64,000 bases of DNA from Eledone cirrhosa. Taxonomy: Eukaryota. This document shows, piece by piece, positions 1 to 13,820 of this stretch. A model generated the notes under the pieces. That model was not told where the DNA came from, searched no databases, and worked only from the letters and a program-made list of their open reading frames with translations. The stretch spans positions 147,560,001 through 147,624,000 of the forward strand of contig OZ024742.1 in NCBI GenBank assembly GCA_964016885.1, read 5' to 3'. The stretch's first letter is position 1. Each line of letters opens with the position of its first letter. Made by a program: the position numbers and the translations under genes.

Positions 1-25
1 TGTATGTATGTATGAATGTATGTAT

Positions 26-634
26 GTCAGGTCACCAGTTGGTGCTACTGGTAACATGTATCCCAGTACAACCTGTGTCATGGTCGGGTCGTTGGCGACT
101 AAACTGGCAACCCCACCAAGGTTTCTTGGTGAGGAAGGTGACTTTGGACATCCTGCAGGACTAAAAACAAAACCTGTCAAAGGGCAAAGGAGCTCTTAAG
201 AGTCAATGGCTATCCAAAATCACCAGGAGAGATGACCCCTTAGCCTTTGTCAAGGCAGAATTCTAGGAGAAGGAAAACTCTGATATAACACCTGCAACCC
301 TGATGGTATCCAATGATGTTGACTTGTTCTTCTTTTTGGTAAATATCATCTTGGTTAAGAGAGTGGGACTGGCTTTGTGCAGTGCCTTTGCTCACTATAA
401 AAGCTTCACGGCACAGGCATTGCTTTATATCTGGAGATCTCTCTGCACTTGTCGTCACATGGTACCATGGGCCCAGCAGTAAGTGTCAATAATTGTCACA
501 AGTGTAGCGTTTGTACCAGAGTTTTCAAGTCGCTGGCTGGACTAAAAAGTCACACTCATTCAGCGCATTGGTAAGGGTTCTCCTACATGGATATAAAGTA
601 GTGGCCATACTCGAAAACGAGTTGGCAGCCACCA
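26..634 (+). mobile_element. Non-autonomous RTE-tailed short element (copy A)
   Basis: Near-identical copy at 22201-22809. Its 3' end TGGCCATACTCGAAAACGAG..GGCAGCC+(TGTA)n matches the 3' end of the RTE at 22082-22123. It carries an internal CTAGGAGAAGGAAAACTCTGA motif and has no credible ORF. Confidence 0.8.
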
Positions 635-1009
635 TGTATGTATGTTATCTCTTTCTCTTAATTTTGAGTATATTTTTTTTGACTGGCCACCTTCCTGGTG
701 GCAAGGTTGATGTATGTATGTGTGTATGTATGTATGTATGTATGTATGTATGTATGTATGTATGTATGTATGTATGTATGTATGTATGCATGCGTGTGTG
801 TATGTATGTATCTACATATGTGTGTATGTATATTTGAGTGTGTTTATTTATTTATTTATGTATGTATCAGTTTACTTCTTTCTATTTCACTAAACATAAA
901 ACTTAATTAAATTATTGAGCGAGTGAGAAAACAACCGAAGCTGTTTGATAAGCTTCATCCCATAATTATATATACCCCCCCCCCCACACACACACACATA
1001 TATATGTAT

Positions 1010-1150
1010 GCAAAAAGTAAACAGAAGTAACAAAGCAAACAACACAGTACAATGAAGAAATATATTAGCTAAATGCTTCATATAATAGGATAAGAGTCTT
1101 AACGTTTCAGACACTAGTCCTTCATCAGAAGATAGAATGAGAAATAAAAG
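1010..1150 (-). mobile_element. Solo Penelope-like pLTR fragment carrying a hammerhead
   Basis: Second copy at about 53315-53445. Contains a minimal hammerhead followed by a TTGTACTG..TTTG tail resembling the pLTR at 32146-32272. Confidence 0.65.
1097..1132 (-). ncRNA. Minimal type I hammerhead ribozyme
   Basis: Minus strand reads TCTT-CTGATGA-A-GGAC TAGT GTCT-GAAACGTT-AAGA: stem I TCTT/AAGA, palindromic stem III AACGTT, GUU triplet. Confidence 0.75.
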
Positions 1151-1164
1151 TTGAAGAACACAGG

Positions 1165-4030
1165 CCTCATACACAGAGACCTTTGTGTTTCTCATGATAC
1201 CTCGATCTGACTAGACTCACTTCTCAAGCTTCCCAAAGGCAAGACTCGCTTTCACAATTCTGTGATTTATTTCTGCATCAAGGGTACTATCTCTACTAAA
1301 TATACTTCTGAGATACACAAAGCTGCCCACCACATCAAGTCTTTTTCATCTCCCAAAAATGCCTGGCTCCACATATACTTCCCCAACTGGTAGAGTGTAC
1401 ATGGTCTTTGTCTTTTTTATGTTAATATTTAACCCAAATGGAATGCATGCATTGGTGGTGCCCAATATCAACTGATTTTGAAGTCTTGGAAGGCATATGT
1501 CAGCACCATGGCAAAGTAGATGGAGAACAGGGTAGGTGCAGGTATGTTACTATACTTGACACTGTTTTCCTCTGAAATTGGCTCTGAAAGTGTCCCATTG
1601 AAGTTCACTTTTACTTTCAGATTTTGATGGACTTTTTTGGATATCCCAACAAATTCAGGAGAACATTTAAATTTCCCCAATATAACCCACAATGCCCTAC
1701 GATTAACCTCATTGAAGGCTTTAGTAAGGTCCACAAATACTTGGTACAGTGGAATTCGCTGCTCAACACATTTCTCCATAAGCTGGCAGGCTGAGGAAAT
1801 CATGTCCATAGCACTCCACCCAGCTCTGAATCCCCACTGGGTCTCAGGGATACCAAGGCAGATGCATTTTATTAGATGATTCAACAAGACCTTGGATAAT
1901 ACTTTTCCCACTAATTCAAGCAGACTTATATCACGATAATCCCCACATTCAGACTTGGAGCCCTTACCCTTGTAGATCAACAGTAAAATTGCATCTGCCC
2001 AGTCATGCAGGACAGGTTCACTATGCCATACAGATAAAACTAGACCATGGGTGATAATAACAACATTGTCTCTTCCAATTCCAAAGCAAATCAGCTCAAC
2101 AGATATTCCATCCGAAACTGGAGCTTTCCCTATGTTTATCTCTTTAATAATAAACCTTATTTCATCAATGGTTGGATCATTCATCATCTCTGTTACAGTC
2201 TTTTTTTTCAGCAGTCCATTAATAATTTCCTCATCAACTACAGATGAGTTATCAAACAGATCTTTAATGTGTTCTATTCACTGAATAATGATTCCTGCTG
2301 GATCTTTGATGAGGACTTTCCCATCTTTTGACTTCAATGGTGCTACTTTTGAGAACTGTGAGCTAAACATTTGCCTTATTGAGCTATATAATGGCTTCAA
2401 GCCTCTGCAGTTATAAGTTCTCTGCATCTCTGCTGAAACTTCAGACCGCTAGCTATTCTTCATTTTTCAAGTTTTACATTGCAGTTTTGACTTTGCTTCT
2501 TTGAAGGCCTTCTCGAAAATGGTCCTCACTGGACCTTCTGCAAAAACGCATCTCATACAGCTTGTTCTTCTTTTCAATGGTGATTGCAGTATCATTATCA
2601 TTAAACCAGTCTCTGTATTTTATCTTCTTAAGATTGAGTACATCAACCACAGCATTGTAAACCATGTTTTAAACAGTTCCCAAGTTCCATCAAGGACAAC
2701 GTAGTCAAATAAATTATAATGATCATCTCACATTTCTAAACTTTGCAATTTGGACATATCTCTATGCTTTGACACATGTTCCCTTGCAGCCCCCTTTTTC
2801 CTCTGATCAGCACTCTCATCTTGCCATGTACAAGTTTGTGGTCTGTTCCACATTCTACACCAAGCATTACGCTTACAGAACAGATATTCTGGAGGTCTTT
2901 CTTCCTGCTGATGATATAATCCAAGATGTATCCATGTTTGGATCTCAGGTGTATGCTTGTTGCCATGTGAATTTCCTTTGGCTGAAAAAAAGTATTGCAC
3001 ACAACCAGCTCAAACTCAGTGTATAATTGCAAAAGGAGAAGACCATTGGCAATCATCTTGTCCATGATATCCTAAAACACTCCAGATGTGGTTGTCCTTT
3101 CCCACTCATGCATTGAAATCTCCAAGAAGCAAGATCTTGTCCAAATACCAAATTGATGTTATACACCCTCATAAATCTTGGTAAAAAACCATGATTGATT
3201 CCTGGCTTCTATTCACATTAGGGGCATACACTGAAATGGCAATCATGAACTATCCCCTTGAAAGAGGAACTCTTAGATGCATAATTCAATCACTAATGCC
3301 TTATGGTTGCTCCATCCACTTTGTGACCTCTGTCTGGTCAGCAAAACCTACTCCTCTATTCCTTTTCTCTCTGTTTGGTTTCCCTTTCCAGAAGAACATA
3401 TAGCCAGCACCCCCCTCTGATAGCACCCCTCTCTAAGATGGGTTTCAGAGAGTGCAGCTACATCAATATTATACCTTTGCCAACAATAGCAATTCCGCGT
3501 TCTCGATTTGTAGGTGATTCCTTGCCAAGGAGTTTTTTAACATTCTATGTAGCAACATTCAATGTAACTCTATTCTTTTGAAAATTGTTCTGAAAATTAT
3601 TATTATCATTGTTTTTCCTGCTGGTAAGAACAGGCGTCAGCTGCAGGTAGTGTACCAGCTTGATGGTGGAACAGACAATGTTTGGGTCACTTTTTCTAGA
3701 CCTTCTAAGATTTCAGTGAGGAGTGTTCTCGCTTGAAATGGCTTCTCAGTCACAAAAGACTCTGCCCCAGCCAGTTGCTATTCCCCAAACTAGCAATGAC
3801 GTTAAATAAGCCACCTGCATCTAGATTAGCAACTGTATGTCTTCAACTCGTTAGGTCTGTATACGTTGCTGTTTTCCCATCACTGCAGGACTTTGAAGAG
3901 ATATCTGCACAAGGAGATCAAAGTAGCACATGTTTGTGCTACAGACATATTACTCTCTAAGTATCAAGAGCCAGAACCCAATGACTAACAAATGCAAGAT
4001 GATAGCTGTATCAACCACAGGTTTTTCCAG
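1165..4030 (-). mobile_element. Decayed near-full-length RTE (BovB-like) LINE, APE endonuclease + RT
   Basis: RT fragment 1468-2187 (FVDLTKAF, NIPAPTLFSIYF). Endonuclease fragments at 2736-3065 (TDHKLV) and about 3100-3580. Multiple stops and frameshifts. Related to the 19650 element. Confidence 0.85.
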
Positions 4031-4185
4031 ATAAATAAATAAGATAAAAATGAAATACAAAAGAATTATTTAAAAGTTTTAAAGTTAAAAATAATTTTTT
4101 TAACTTATATAAATGCATACACACACATGCACACACAACCAATCCCACACACACACCCATATATACATATTTACACACTCATACA

Positions 4186-4216
<31 letters not shown>

Positions 4217-4219
4217 CTA

Positions 4220-4397
4220 TTGAATGGCTGTTGACTCCCATGAGTTCCTTTGTCAGGTTTTGTTTTTCATTCTGTCCAAAATCACCCTCCTCACCAAGCA
4301 AACTGGGTAGGTTTGCTGGTTTAGTTACTGAGAACCAACCACGCAACAAGTTGTACTGGGTTCCCTGTTACTAGTAGCACTAAGGAGCGACCTGACA
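4220..4397 (-). mobile_element. 5' fragment of the RTE-tailed short element family
   Basis: Diverged reverse-complement match to positions 26-215. Confidence 0.7.
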
Positions 4398-4419
4398 ATA
4401 ATATCATTTCATTCATTTC

Positions 4420-4748
4420 ATTTTACGTCCGCTTTTCCCTGCTTGCAAGGGTGGGACGGGAACTGATTCTGGCTTGATTTCTACAGCTGGATGCCCTTCC
4501 TAACACAAACCTCATTTACATTGAGTGCTGGGTGCTTTTTTTTTTTGCTGTGGTACCTCCACGACCACTTTGGAGTGGAATGATAGGGACCCCAGTCCAT
4601 ATCATCTCATTTCTACAGCTGAGTAAACTGGAGCAATGTGAAATAAAGTGTCTTGCTCAAGGAAACAACGCATCACCCGGTCTGAGAATTGAACTCACAA
4701 CCTTTTGATTGCAAGGCCAATGCTCTAACCACTAAACCATGTGCCTCC
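4420..4748 (-). mobile_element. tRNA-derived SINE (CORE/V-like body, RTE-type tail)
   Basis: Reverse complement of the 29501-29833 copy, with A/B box-like head. Confidence 0.8.
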
Positions 4749-5039
4749 ATATATTTATATATATACACATATAAACATATATACAATGATGCTTGAGATG
4801 TGAAATCTTGCATGCATTAATTTCAACTTTTCTTATTAATAACTACATTGTTTCTTTCCAGGGACTACGTTGAAAAATAAATCTCATTTGGTCATTCCAT
4901 AAGAATATCTTGGTTAGCTTATGAACTTTTCAACTGCTCTTCATATATATTACTATCATCATCGTTTAACGTCTATCTTCCACGCTAGCATGGGTTATAT
5001 ATATATAATAATAATACTATTTATAGTTATGTATATACT

Positions 5040-7850
5040 ATAATCAACTATAAACAGGAAAGGTCAGTAATTTCCTACTACCTTATTACCAGTAAGAGAA
5101 ATAGCTCAATGTAAGAACATCAGTTGTTTTACAGAGCAGGAAAATAAATAAATTAGACAATTGTGAAAGTTGTGTTCAAATCATTTAATAGCTGACAATC
5201 GTTTCTTCCAAACTCTCGTTTGGATTCATCGGAGCATTATCAATGTTTGTACATGTAATTAACCTCCTATTCAACTGAACAATCATATAGATACATATAT
5301 ATTGATGTTGTGAGCAACAGTTTCATATTTACAGGGTGGAATGGATGTGACATATATTTTACGAGAATTGTACAAAAATTCAAATTCAAATTAAAAGCAC
5401 AGAGTGGAATACATGCAACAGATAATACAAGAGAATAGTCTAATAATTAAAGAGGCATTGAGAAAGAAAGAGTACATTAGCAGTACATATGCAGGCGTGT
5501 AGAAAGTGCACATGCGTTAGTCATATATATGAGAAGGAAATAAGCAAAGTTATTATGCATATATAGATAAATAAATACTGTATTTTAAGCAAATATGTTA
5601 ATGTATTAAAATCTATGGTGGATGTAGTATGTTGATAGTGTTTGAATTTGTGTGTGTTGAGAAAAACAAAGTTATTGCAGTCTTTTCCATTACATATGTT
5701 GAATTATATTTTAGTTAATGTTTATATTGAATGTTTTAAGTTAGTTAAAGCAATAGATTGTAAATTAGTCTTATTGTATTCTTATTCATGGACTATAGTT
5801 GTTAAACAGGTAGATTTTCCAACGGTTAATTTCCGGAAGTGAGTAAGGGGAGCTAATGCGTAAGGGGGAGGTAACTAGCTAATTACATTCAGTCATTTAA
5901 ATTCTTTGCTCTAATACACATTATAATGTGATACAATTGAATCTCTATTACATAATACTATATATTTATTCCTAATTTTAAATACAGTGTATTTTACTAT
6001 AATACATTAAAGGTCCCTTTAGATTGTTATCTATTCATTACTGGACAGGATATATGTTTTGGAAAATTGCATAGCTGTTTATATGTCCAAATAGATATAT
6101 CATTTGTGTAATAATATACATTATTGTTTTAAAAGTTAATTCCTTATATACAATGCTATTATATTATATATTTAATTATAAATGTATATATACTTTATTA
6201 TTATTATATTGTGTTAAAGGTAGATCCCTTATATACATGTTATTAATTCAAATATTTAATTATATAATTATAAATGTATATATATAGTTTATTATTACAT
6301 ATTACATTAAATGTCTCTACATATTATATATCCATTACTGTATATAATATAATTAAGCTATAGTAGTTATATCACAAGGTGGTAACTTTATGTTTAATTC
6401 TAATAGTTATTGCAGAGTATAAGGTTAGAGATAAATAGGAGTTGTGTAGAGGAAAGAGCTGATCAAAGAGTGTGTTGCTGTGGGGGCTGATAAGTCCTAG
6501 ATGTGAAGTGTTAATGGTGGTGGGGAATTCAAATCTGACATTGTTATATACTAACAGCTAGGTTTAAAGTTATGGAATGAGTGACGGTACCGGTGTTGGC
6601 ACGAGGAAAATGTCTCTGACTTTCTATTAAGGAGGTCTAGTTTCGAAAAGATTATAGTACGGGTCTCTAGAAGACAGAGATTACACAATTTATTCGGTGG
6701 TTTATATGATGAGGCCCTACCTATTACTTCCCATTGCAGTGTAAATGGTCTATTCCTAGTTTTCAGAGAGTGTACGTAGCTAGATAAAGAAGTGGAGTTG
6801 GCTAGATTGTGTTTTTTAAAAGAGTGGAGGTGCGAGTTGTATCTCGTCTTGAAGCTGTTCGAAGTAGAGCCGATATATGTTTTAGAAGAGTTGTTTGCGT
6901 TGACAGTGCATGAGTAGATGATGTCTTTGGTTAAGCAATTATTACCTAAGGGACAAGTTCTATTAGTTCTACAGTTACATTTATTCTGGATGTTAGCTTG
7001 CCGGTTACTATGTTGTGAAGAATTCTGGTTGCAAGGGATAGCACTAGGGTAATGATGTCCGTCGTTCGTATTGTCATTGATTTCATTAGCACTATTATCA
7101 TTATTACTATTATTACTACTATGGCTTACAGGTACTAAGTTTACCTCCTGTTGTGTTTTAATTAGTTGGAAATAATTATTAATCTTCCTTTTATTACTAC
7201 TAGCTATATGGTATGTTATGTTAGGTGTGGTGGAATACGAGATTTTAATGGTATTTTTATTGATAAGATTATAGTACTTGTGGCCAGATGGGAAGTTTTT
7301 TCTAAGATTGAGAAGAAAGCCTTAGGTAAGTTGGTAGAGACGTTTAGATTGAAAGGGGGATTGAAGAATGTATTAGTTCTTCTGTTTTTGTTTTTAGTAA
7401 TGTTTTTTTAGGTATTTGTATCCCTGTTTATATTATTATCGTGGTGTTTACTTTGGTGCGAGTTAAGTTTGGTATTACCCTTCGTCTTAGAGTTATAGTG
7501 GCTAGTGCTTTTATTATTTTTCCTCATGGCCATATTAGGAGAAATAATGTTGTAACTATGAGATTTTATAGGTAGGAATTCAATTCCATTCTTATGTCCT
7601 GATTTAGCTAAGGCTTCATTATAGTATTGTGAATTATTGTTAAATATGGTTTCATTATATGATAGATTAGAGATTCTATTAGATATTCCTTTAGTAATAG
7701 AGTTTAATATGGATTTAGGGTGGTTAGAGTTGGTATTCATATAAATTAGTTTTTCGTTAGGTTTATGAGTCTAGGCAAAGGGTAGCATCAAGGAAGTTAA
7801 CGTTTTTAGTGTTTTTATCTAAGGTGATACTTAAGTATTATCTAAATTTC
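5040..7850 (-). mobile_element. Penelope-like element, 5'-truncated (RT thumb + C-terminal GIY-YIG; Nematis/Neptune-type)
   Basis: Minus-strand peptides SNHPKSILNSITKGISNRISNLS, FNPPF and CNCRTNRTCPL..IIYSCTV..TYIGST..FKTRYNSH..CNLCLLE..LLNRKSE..CQHR, with stop at 6551. Hammerhead near the 3' end. Confidence 0.85.
5191..5235 (-). ncRNA. Type I hammerhead ribozyme variant in Penelope 3' region
   Basis: GCT-CCGATGA-A-TCCAAAC GAGA GTTTGGA-A-GAAAC GATT GTC-AGC. The core has a U4C change and stem II is 7 bp. Confidence 0.65.
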
Positions 7851-8889
7851 TCTTCTTCTTTGATAATGCTACAAAGAATTATCAGAAGCCCATGTGTTTG
7901 GTGTAAAATTTATATTTATTTTAAAGTTATTTTATGTATTTCTTAGTTTATTGTGCACGTATCATCATATAATTTCATTTTGTTATTTTACTGGTTTCAG
8001 TCATTAGATTGTAGCCATGCTGGTATACCAATATATCCTCCTCCTCGTCATCATCATAATCACCACCACCACCACCACCACCACCACCACCACCACCACC
8101 ACCACCATCATCATCATCTAATTTCATTCTTTTACTGGTTTCAGTCATTAGAATGCAGCCATGCTGGGGTACCAATATATCATCATCATCATCATCATCA
8201 TTTAACATTTGTTGTCTCTGTTACCAAGGGTTCGATGGGTGATCACTACTAACTTTTCTGATAGTGGTGGTGGGGTGTGGGGGACTGCATTTCACTTACA
8301 TAAATTTCCACCCTCTACAGCATGCACTGGGTGCATTTTACCATTATATTAGCATGAGGAAGGCTGTCATGTCTCTGACACAACTAAAGAGTCTTCTCTA
8401 CTTTTTGTTTGGCAAGTTTTCTATGGGTGGATGCCCTTCTGATCACCAACTACTTTACAGAGAGTACTGAGGATTTTTATCATGTAATCAACACTAGAGA
8501 GGTTGTTATGCCCTTGACACAACTGAAAGGTTCTCTTGATCCTTTTTGGCACGGCTTCTACAGCTAGATGTCCTTCTTATCATCAGGGTGTACAGGGTGC
8601 ATTTTTTATGGCCTCAGCACTAGAGAGGTTGTCGGTCATTGACTCAACTGAAGAGCCCACTCTACCCCAGGAAGGAATAATAGGAAACGGTAGGGAGATA
8701 ACAAGGAAGATAATTATAGTGCCATGGGTGTTTGCCAGGTAGGATCAGAAAGTATGTCATGGGTCTATACAAAGTATAGAGTAAATATTATTTAATGCAT
8801 ATAAACCAGTCAGTCAAGCTTATGACCATTTGGGATTGATAGTCAGGTGTACATGTATTCAATAATATACATACATAATATAGTAATAT

Positions 8890-9455
8890 ACGTGAACGAC
8901 AAAGCATAAATGAATTGAGAGAGAGACTGAGCATAAGAGGAATCAAATGCTGTGTGCAGGAGAGGCGGTTGCGCTGGTATGGACATGTGATGCGTATGAA
9001 GATGACAGCTGCATAAAAAGGTGCAGAGCACTAGAAGTCGATGGAAACCGCGGAGTGGGGAGACCCAAGATGACCTGGGATGAGGTGATAAAAGCCGACC
9101 TTACCCAATTACACCTCTCAAAGGCGATGACACACGACCGTGACCTCTGGCGTCACGCAGTAATACAGAGTACCCGACCTCCCATGGGTACAAGGTGAAG
9201 CATATAGACAATATGCCCCCACACCCCCCCACCGCAAGGTGGCCGTGTAGGCACCACGAAAAAGCACCCAGCACTCACTGTAAATGAGGTTGGTGTTAGG
9301 AAGGGCATCCAGCTGTAGAAATCAAGCCAAATCAGTTCCTGTATGAGCAAGGCATGGTCAGCCGACCAGACACTGCCCACAACAGGGCAACCCATCTAAC
9401 CCATGCTAGCGTGGAAGAACGGACGTAAAACGGTGATGATGATGATGATGATGAT
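8890..9455 (+). mobile_element. RTE (Expander/Rex3-like) 3' fragment
   Basis: Encodes RLRWYGHVMR..GNRGVGRPKMTWDEVI, followed by 3' UTR and a (GAT)n tail. Confidence 0.8.
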
Positions 9456-12400
9456 GACATACACGATGATGATGATGGCTGCAACTCGATTTCCAGTAAT
9501 GCCATCATTTGATACTTAAGCATGAACATCACAGACATGGCTTTTTAGTCCTGCTCGAGACTTGCCTATGGCCAGCAATACCATGCATCGCAAAAAATGT
9601 CATATCAATCAATACCTGTGTTTGAAGCTTTTTTAAGTGAGGAAAGGCTTTGCATGGGGCCAATCCCACTCTCTGCAAATCGAATGCTTTTGCCCAAAAA
9701 GAAGAACTGGTCTGCATTATTGGATGCAAACGAAGTTGCAGGTTTTATATCAGAATAACCGTCTCCTAGATAGATGCCTTAATGAAAACTAGGAGTCTCT
9801 CACTCCACAAAAAAAAAAACCTTATACAAACATACATACATGATAGCTGCCCCCTTGTTATCGAGTATGGCCATTGCACGATATAACATTATTAATAATT
9901 ATCAATTAATGCTATCATGCAATGCCAGTGCGTGAAGATTTTTTTTTTAAAGTGAAGAAAGACTGTGCATTGAGCCAATCCCTCTGAGCGACAGTAGCTA
10001 TAACCCTAAAAGAAGAAAAGATCAACATTATCGGTAACTACTGAGCCACAGGTTTTATGTTGGAGTTATCCCAGTTTCCTGAGTTGCCTTCTCCTAGAAG
10101 AATGCCTTGACAAAGGCTAGGGGTCCTTCACTTCCAGTGGTTTAACCGCGCGATCGGGTATCCAGCCCGATTATCTCTATTTTTGTCACAGCGCATATAC
10201 ATACACATGCATACATGTATATACACATATATATATATATACACATATACACATGCATACATGTATATACATATTTACACATTTTTGGATGGCTGTTGGC
10301 TCGTATGAGTTCTTCTGCCCTTTGTCAGGCTTGGTTTTTTGTCCTGCAGTGTGTCCAAAATCACCCTCCTCACCAAGTAAACTTGGTGGGGTTACCGGTT
10401 TAGTCACTGACGACCCAACCATGTGACAAGTTGTACTGGGTTACATGTTACCAGTACTACTCAAGAGTGACCCAACATACATCATCATCACCATCATCAT
10501 TTAATGTCCACTTTCCCTATTAGCAAGGGTTGGACAGGTCTTCATTAAGTGACAAAACAATTGTAAATCAATATTAAATGTAAAACCATATTTGGTAATA
10601 CTTCAATGAATAATTTGCTTCATGCATAATTGTTATTTTTTTAACACAATAGGATTTTGTATACATGCTTGTTTAAAAATGTTTTCAAGGAAGTAAGAAA
10701 CATAGCCTTTTGTATTGGTTATTATCATAAATTACCGTATTTTGAGCTGTTTTTACTTCCCCACATACTTCTTTCCAGTTTTATATTGTTTTTTTAAAAA
10801 ACAATATTTTATATATATAAATATATATATAGAAATTGAGTAGGCATAAACTCCATACGATGTACACAATATAAATCTTGGGTACACAAGAGATGTAGTG
10901 GGATAATGAGTAGACTAACAGGAAGGGAAGACTTTGTATATAGAAGATGCACAGAAATAACCAAAGGGAAGAGTGCCAGTGATGTAAACCTATTCCAGTC
11001 ACATGAAGGACCCATAGAAAGTGGTTGATAGCTTCTGATATCTAGGCAACCTAATTAGTAATGGAGGAAGATGCTCCGAGAGTATAATAGCTAGAATAAG
11101 GATAGGATGGGAAAAGTTCAGAGAGCTACTCCCACTGTTGACCACAAAAGGTTTTACCCTACATACAAAAGGACAACTGTATGACACCTATGTGTGAAGT
11201 ACAATACTGCATGGTAGTGAAACATGGGCTGTGACTGCAAAGAACATGAGTAGACTGGAGAGAAATGAAGCAGCCATGCTTTGTTGGATGTACAATGTAA
11301 GTGAGAGAGAAAGGCAGAGATTGGATGAGTTGAAGGAGAAGCTGGGTTTAAAAGAAATCTGAGGTGGTGTGTAGGAGAGAAGACTGCATTGGTTTGGACA
11401 TGTGATGCGTATGAAGATGACAGCTGCATAAAAAGGTGCAGAGCACTAGAAGTCGATGGAAACCGCGGAGTGGGGAGACCCAAGATGACCTGGGATGAAG
11501 TGATAAAAGCCGACCTTACCCAATTACACCTCTCAAAGGCGATGAGACACGACCGTGACCTCTGGCGTCACGCAGTAATACAGAGTACCCGACCTCCCAT
11601 GGGTACAAGGTGAAGCATATAGACAATATGCCCCCACACCCCCCACCGCAAGGTGGCCGTGTAGGCACCACGAAAAAGCACCCAGCACTCACTGTAAATG
11701 AGGTTGGTGTTAGGAAGGGCATCCAGCTGTAGAAATCAAGCCAAATCAGTTCCTGTATGAGCAAGGCATGGTCAGCCGACCAGACACTGCCCACAACAGG
11801 GCAACCCATCTAACCCATGCTAGCGTGGAAGAACGGACGTAAAACGGTGATGATGATGATGATGATGATGACATACACGATGATGATGATGGCTGCAACT
11901 CGATTTCCAGTAATGCCATCATTTGATACTTAAGCATGAACATCACAGACATGGCTTTTTAGTCCTGCTCGAGACTTGCCTATGGCCAGCAATACCATGC
12001 ATCGCAAAAAATGTCATATCAATCAATACCTGTGTTTGAAGCTTTTTTAAGTGAGGAAAGGCTTTGCATGGGGCCAATCCCACTCTCTGCAAATCGAATG
12101 CTTTTGCCCAAAAAGAAGATCTGGTCTGCATTATTGGATGCAAACGAAATTGCAGGTTTTATATCAGAATAACCGTCTCCTAGATAGATGCCTTAATGAA
12201 AACTAGGAGTCTCTCACTCCACAAAAAAAAACAACCTTATACAAACATACATACATGATGGCTGCCCCCTTGTTATCGAGTATAGCCATTGCACGATATA
12301 ACATTATTAATAATTATCAATTAATGCTATCATGCAATGCCAGTGCGTGAAGATTTTTTTTAAAGTGAAGAAAGACTGTGCATTGAGCCAATCCCTCTGA

Positions 12401-12637
12401 GCGACAGTAGCTATAACCCTAAAAGAAGAAAAGATCAACATTATCGGTAACTACTGAGCCACAGGTTTTATGTTGGAGTTATCCCAGTTTCCTGAGTTGC
12501 CTTCTCCTAGAAGAATGCCTTGACAAAGGCTAGGAGTCCTTCACTTCCTGTGGTTTAACCGCGCGATCGGGTATCCAGCCCGATTATCTCTATTTTTGTC
12601 ACAGTGCATATACATACACATGCATACATGTATATAC

Positions 12638-12670
<33 letters not shown>

Positions 12671-13820
12671 TGCATACATGTATATACATATTTACACATT
12701 TTTGGATGGCTGTTGACTCTTATGAGTTCTTCTGCCCTTTGTCAGGCTTGGTTTTTTGTCCTGCAGTGTGTCCAAAATCACCCTCCTCACCAAGTAAACT
12801 TGGTGGGGTTACCGGTTTAGTCGCTGACGACCCAACCATGTGACAAGTTGTACTGGGTTACATGTTACCAGTACTACTCAAGAGTGACCCAACATACATC
12901 ATCATCACCATCATCATTTAATGTCCACTTTCCCTATTAGCAAGGGTTGGACAGGTCTTCATTAAGTGACAAAACAATTGTAAATCAATATTAAATGTAA
13001 AACCATATTTGGTAATACTTCAATGAATAATTTGCTTCATGCATAATTGTTATTTTTTTAACACAATAGGATTTTGTATACATGCTTGTTTAAAAATGTT
13101 TTCAAGGAAGTAAGAAACATAGCCTTTTGTATTGGTTATTATCATAAATTACCGTATTTTGAGCTGTTTTTACTTCCCCACATACTTCTTTCCAGTTTTA
13201 TTTTGTTTTTTTAAAAAACAATATTTTATATATATAAATATATATATAGAAATTGAGTAGGCATTAACTCCATACGATGTACACAATATAAATCTTGGGT
13301 ACACAAGAGATGTAGTGGGATAATGAGTAGACTAACAGGAAGGGAAGACTTTGTATATAGAAGATGCACAGAAATAACCAAAGGGAAGAGTGCCAGTGAT
13401 GTAAACCTATTCCAGTCACATGAAGGACCCATAGAAAGTGGTTGATAGCTTCTGATATCTAGGCAACCTAATTAGTAATGGAGGAAGATGCTCCGAGAGT
13501 ATAATAGCTAGAATAAGGATAGGATGGAAAAAGTTCAGAGAGCTACTCCCACTGTTGACCACAAAAGATTTTACCCTACATACAAAAGGATGACTGTATG
13601 ACACCTATGTGTGAAGTACAATACTGCATGGTAGTGAAACATGGGCTGTGACTGCAAAGAACATGACTAGACTGGAGAGAAATGAAGCAGCCATGCTTTG
13701 TTGGATGTACAATGTAAGTGAGAGAGAAAGGCAGAGATTGGATGAGTTGAAGGAGAAGCTGGGTTTAAAAGAAATCTGAGGTGGTGTGTAGGAGAGAAGA
13801 CTGCATTGGTTTGGACATAT
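8975..13820. repeat. Tandem duplication of an ~2.41-kb unit (8975-11390 / 11390-13820)
   Basis: Near-identical sequence and paired ORFs offset by about 2414 bp (9153/11516 region, 9332/11746, 9529/11943, 10809/13226). Confidence 0.95.
9470..10480 (-). mobile_element. Chain of three RTE-related short elements (duplicated at about 11885-12895)
   Basis: Two RTE-type 3' ends (GAGTTGCAGCCATCATC; TGGCCATACTCGATAAC..GGCAGC+(TGTA)n), two CTAGGAGA.GG motifs, and a 5' fragment of the 26-634 family. Confidence 0.7.

Noticed and set aside
511-910. MYVC-rich ORFs here, and similar YI/HT/poly-His ORFs throughout (e.g. 7953, 17511, 21926, 25281)
   Set aside because: They are translations of microsatellites.
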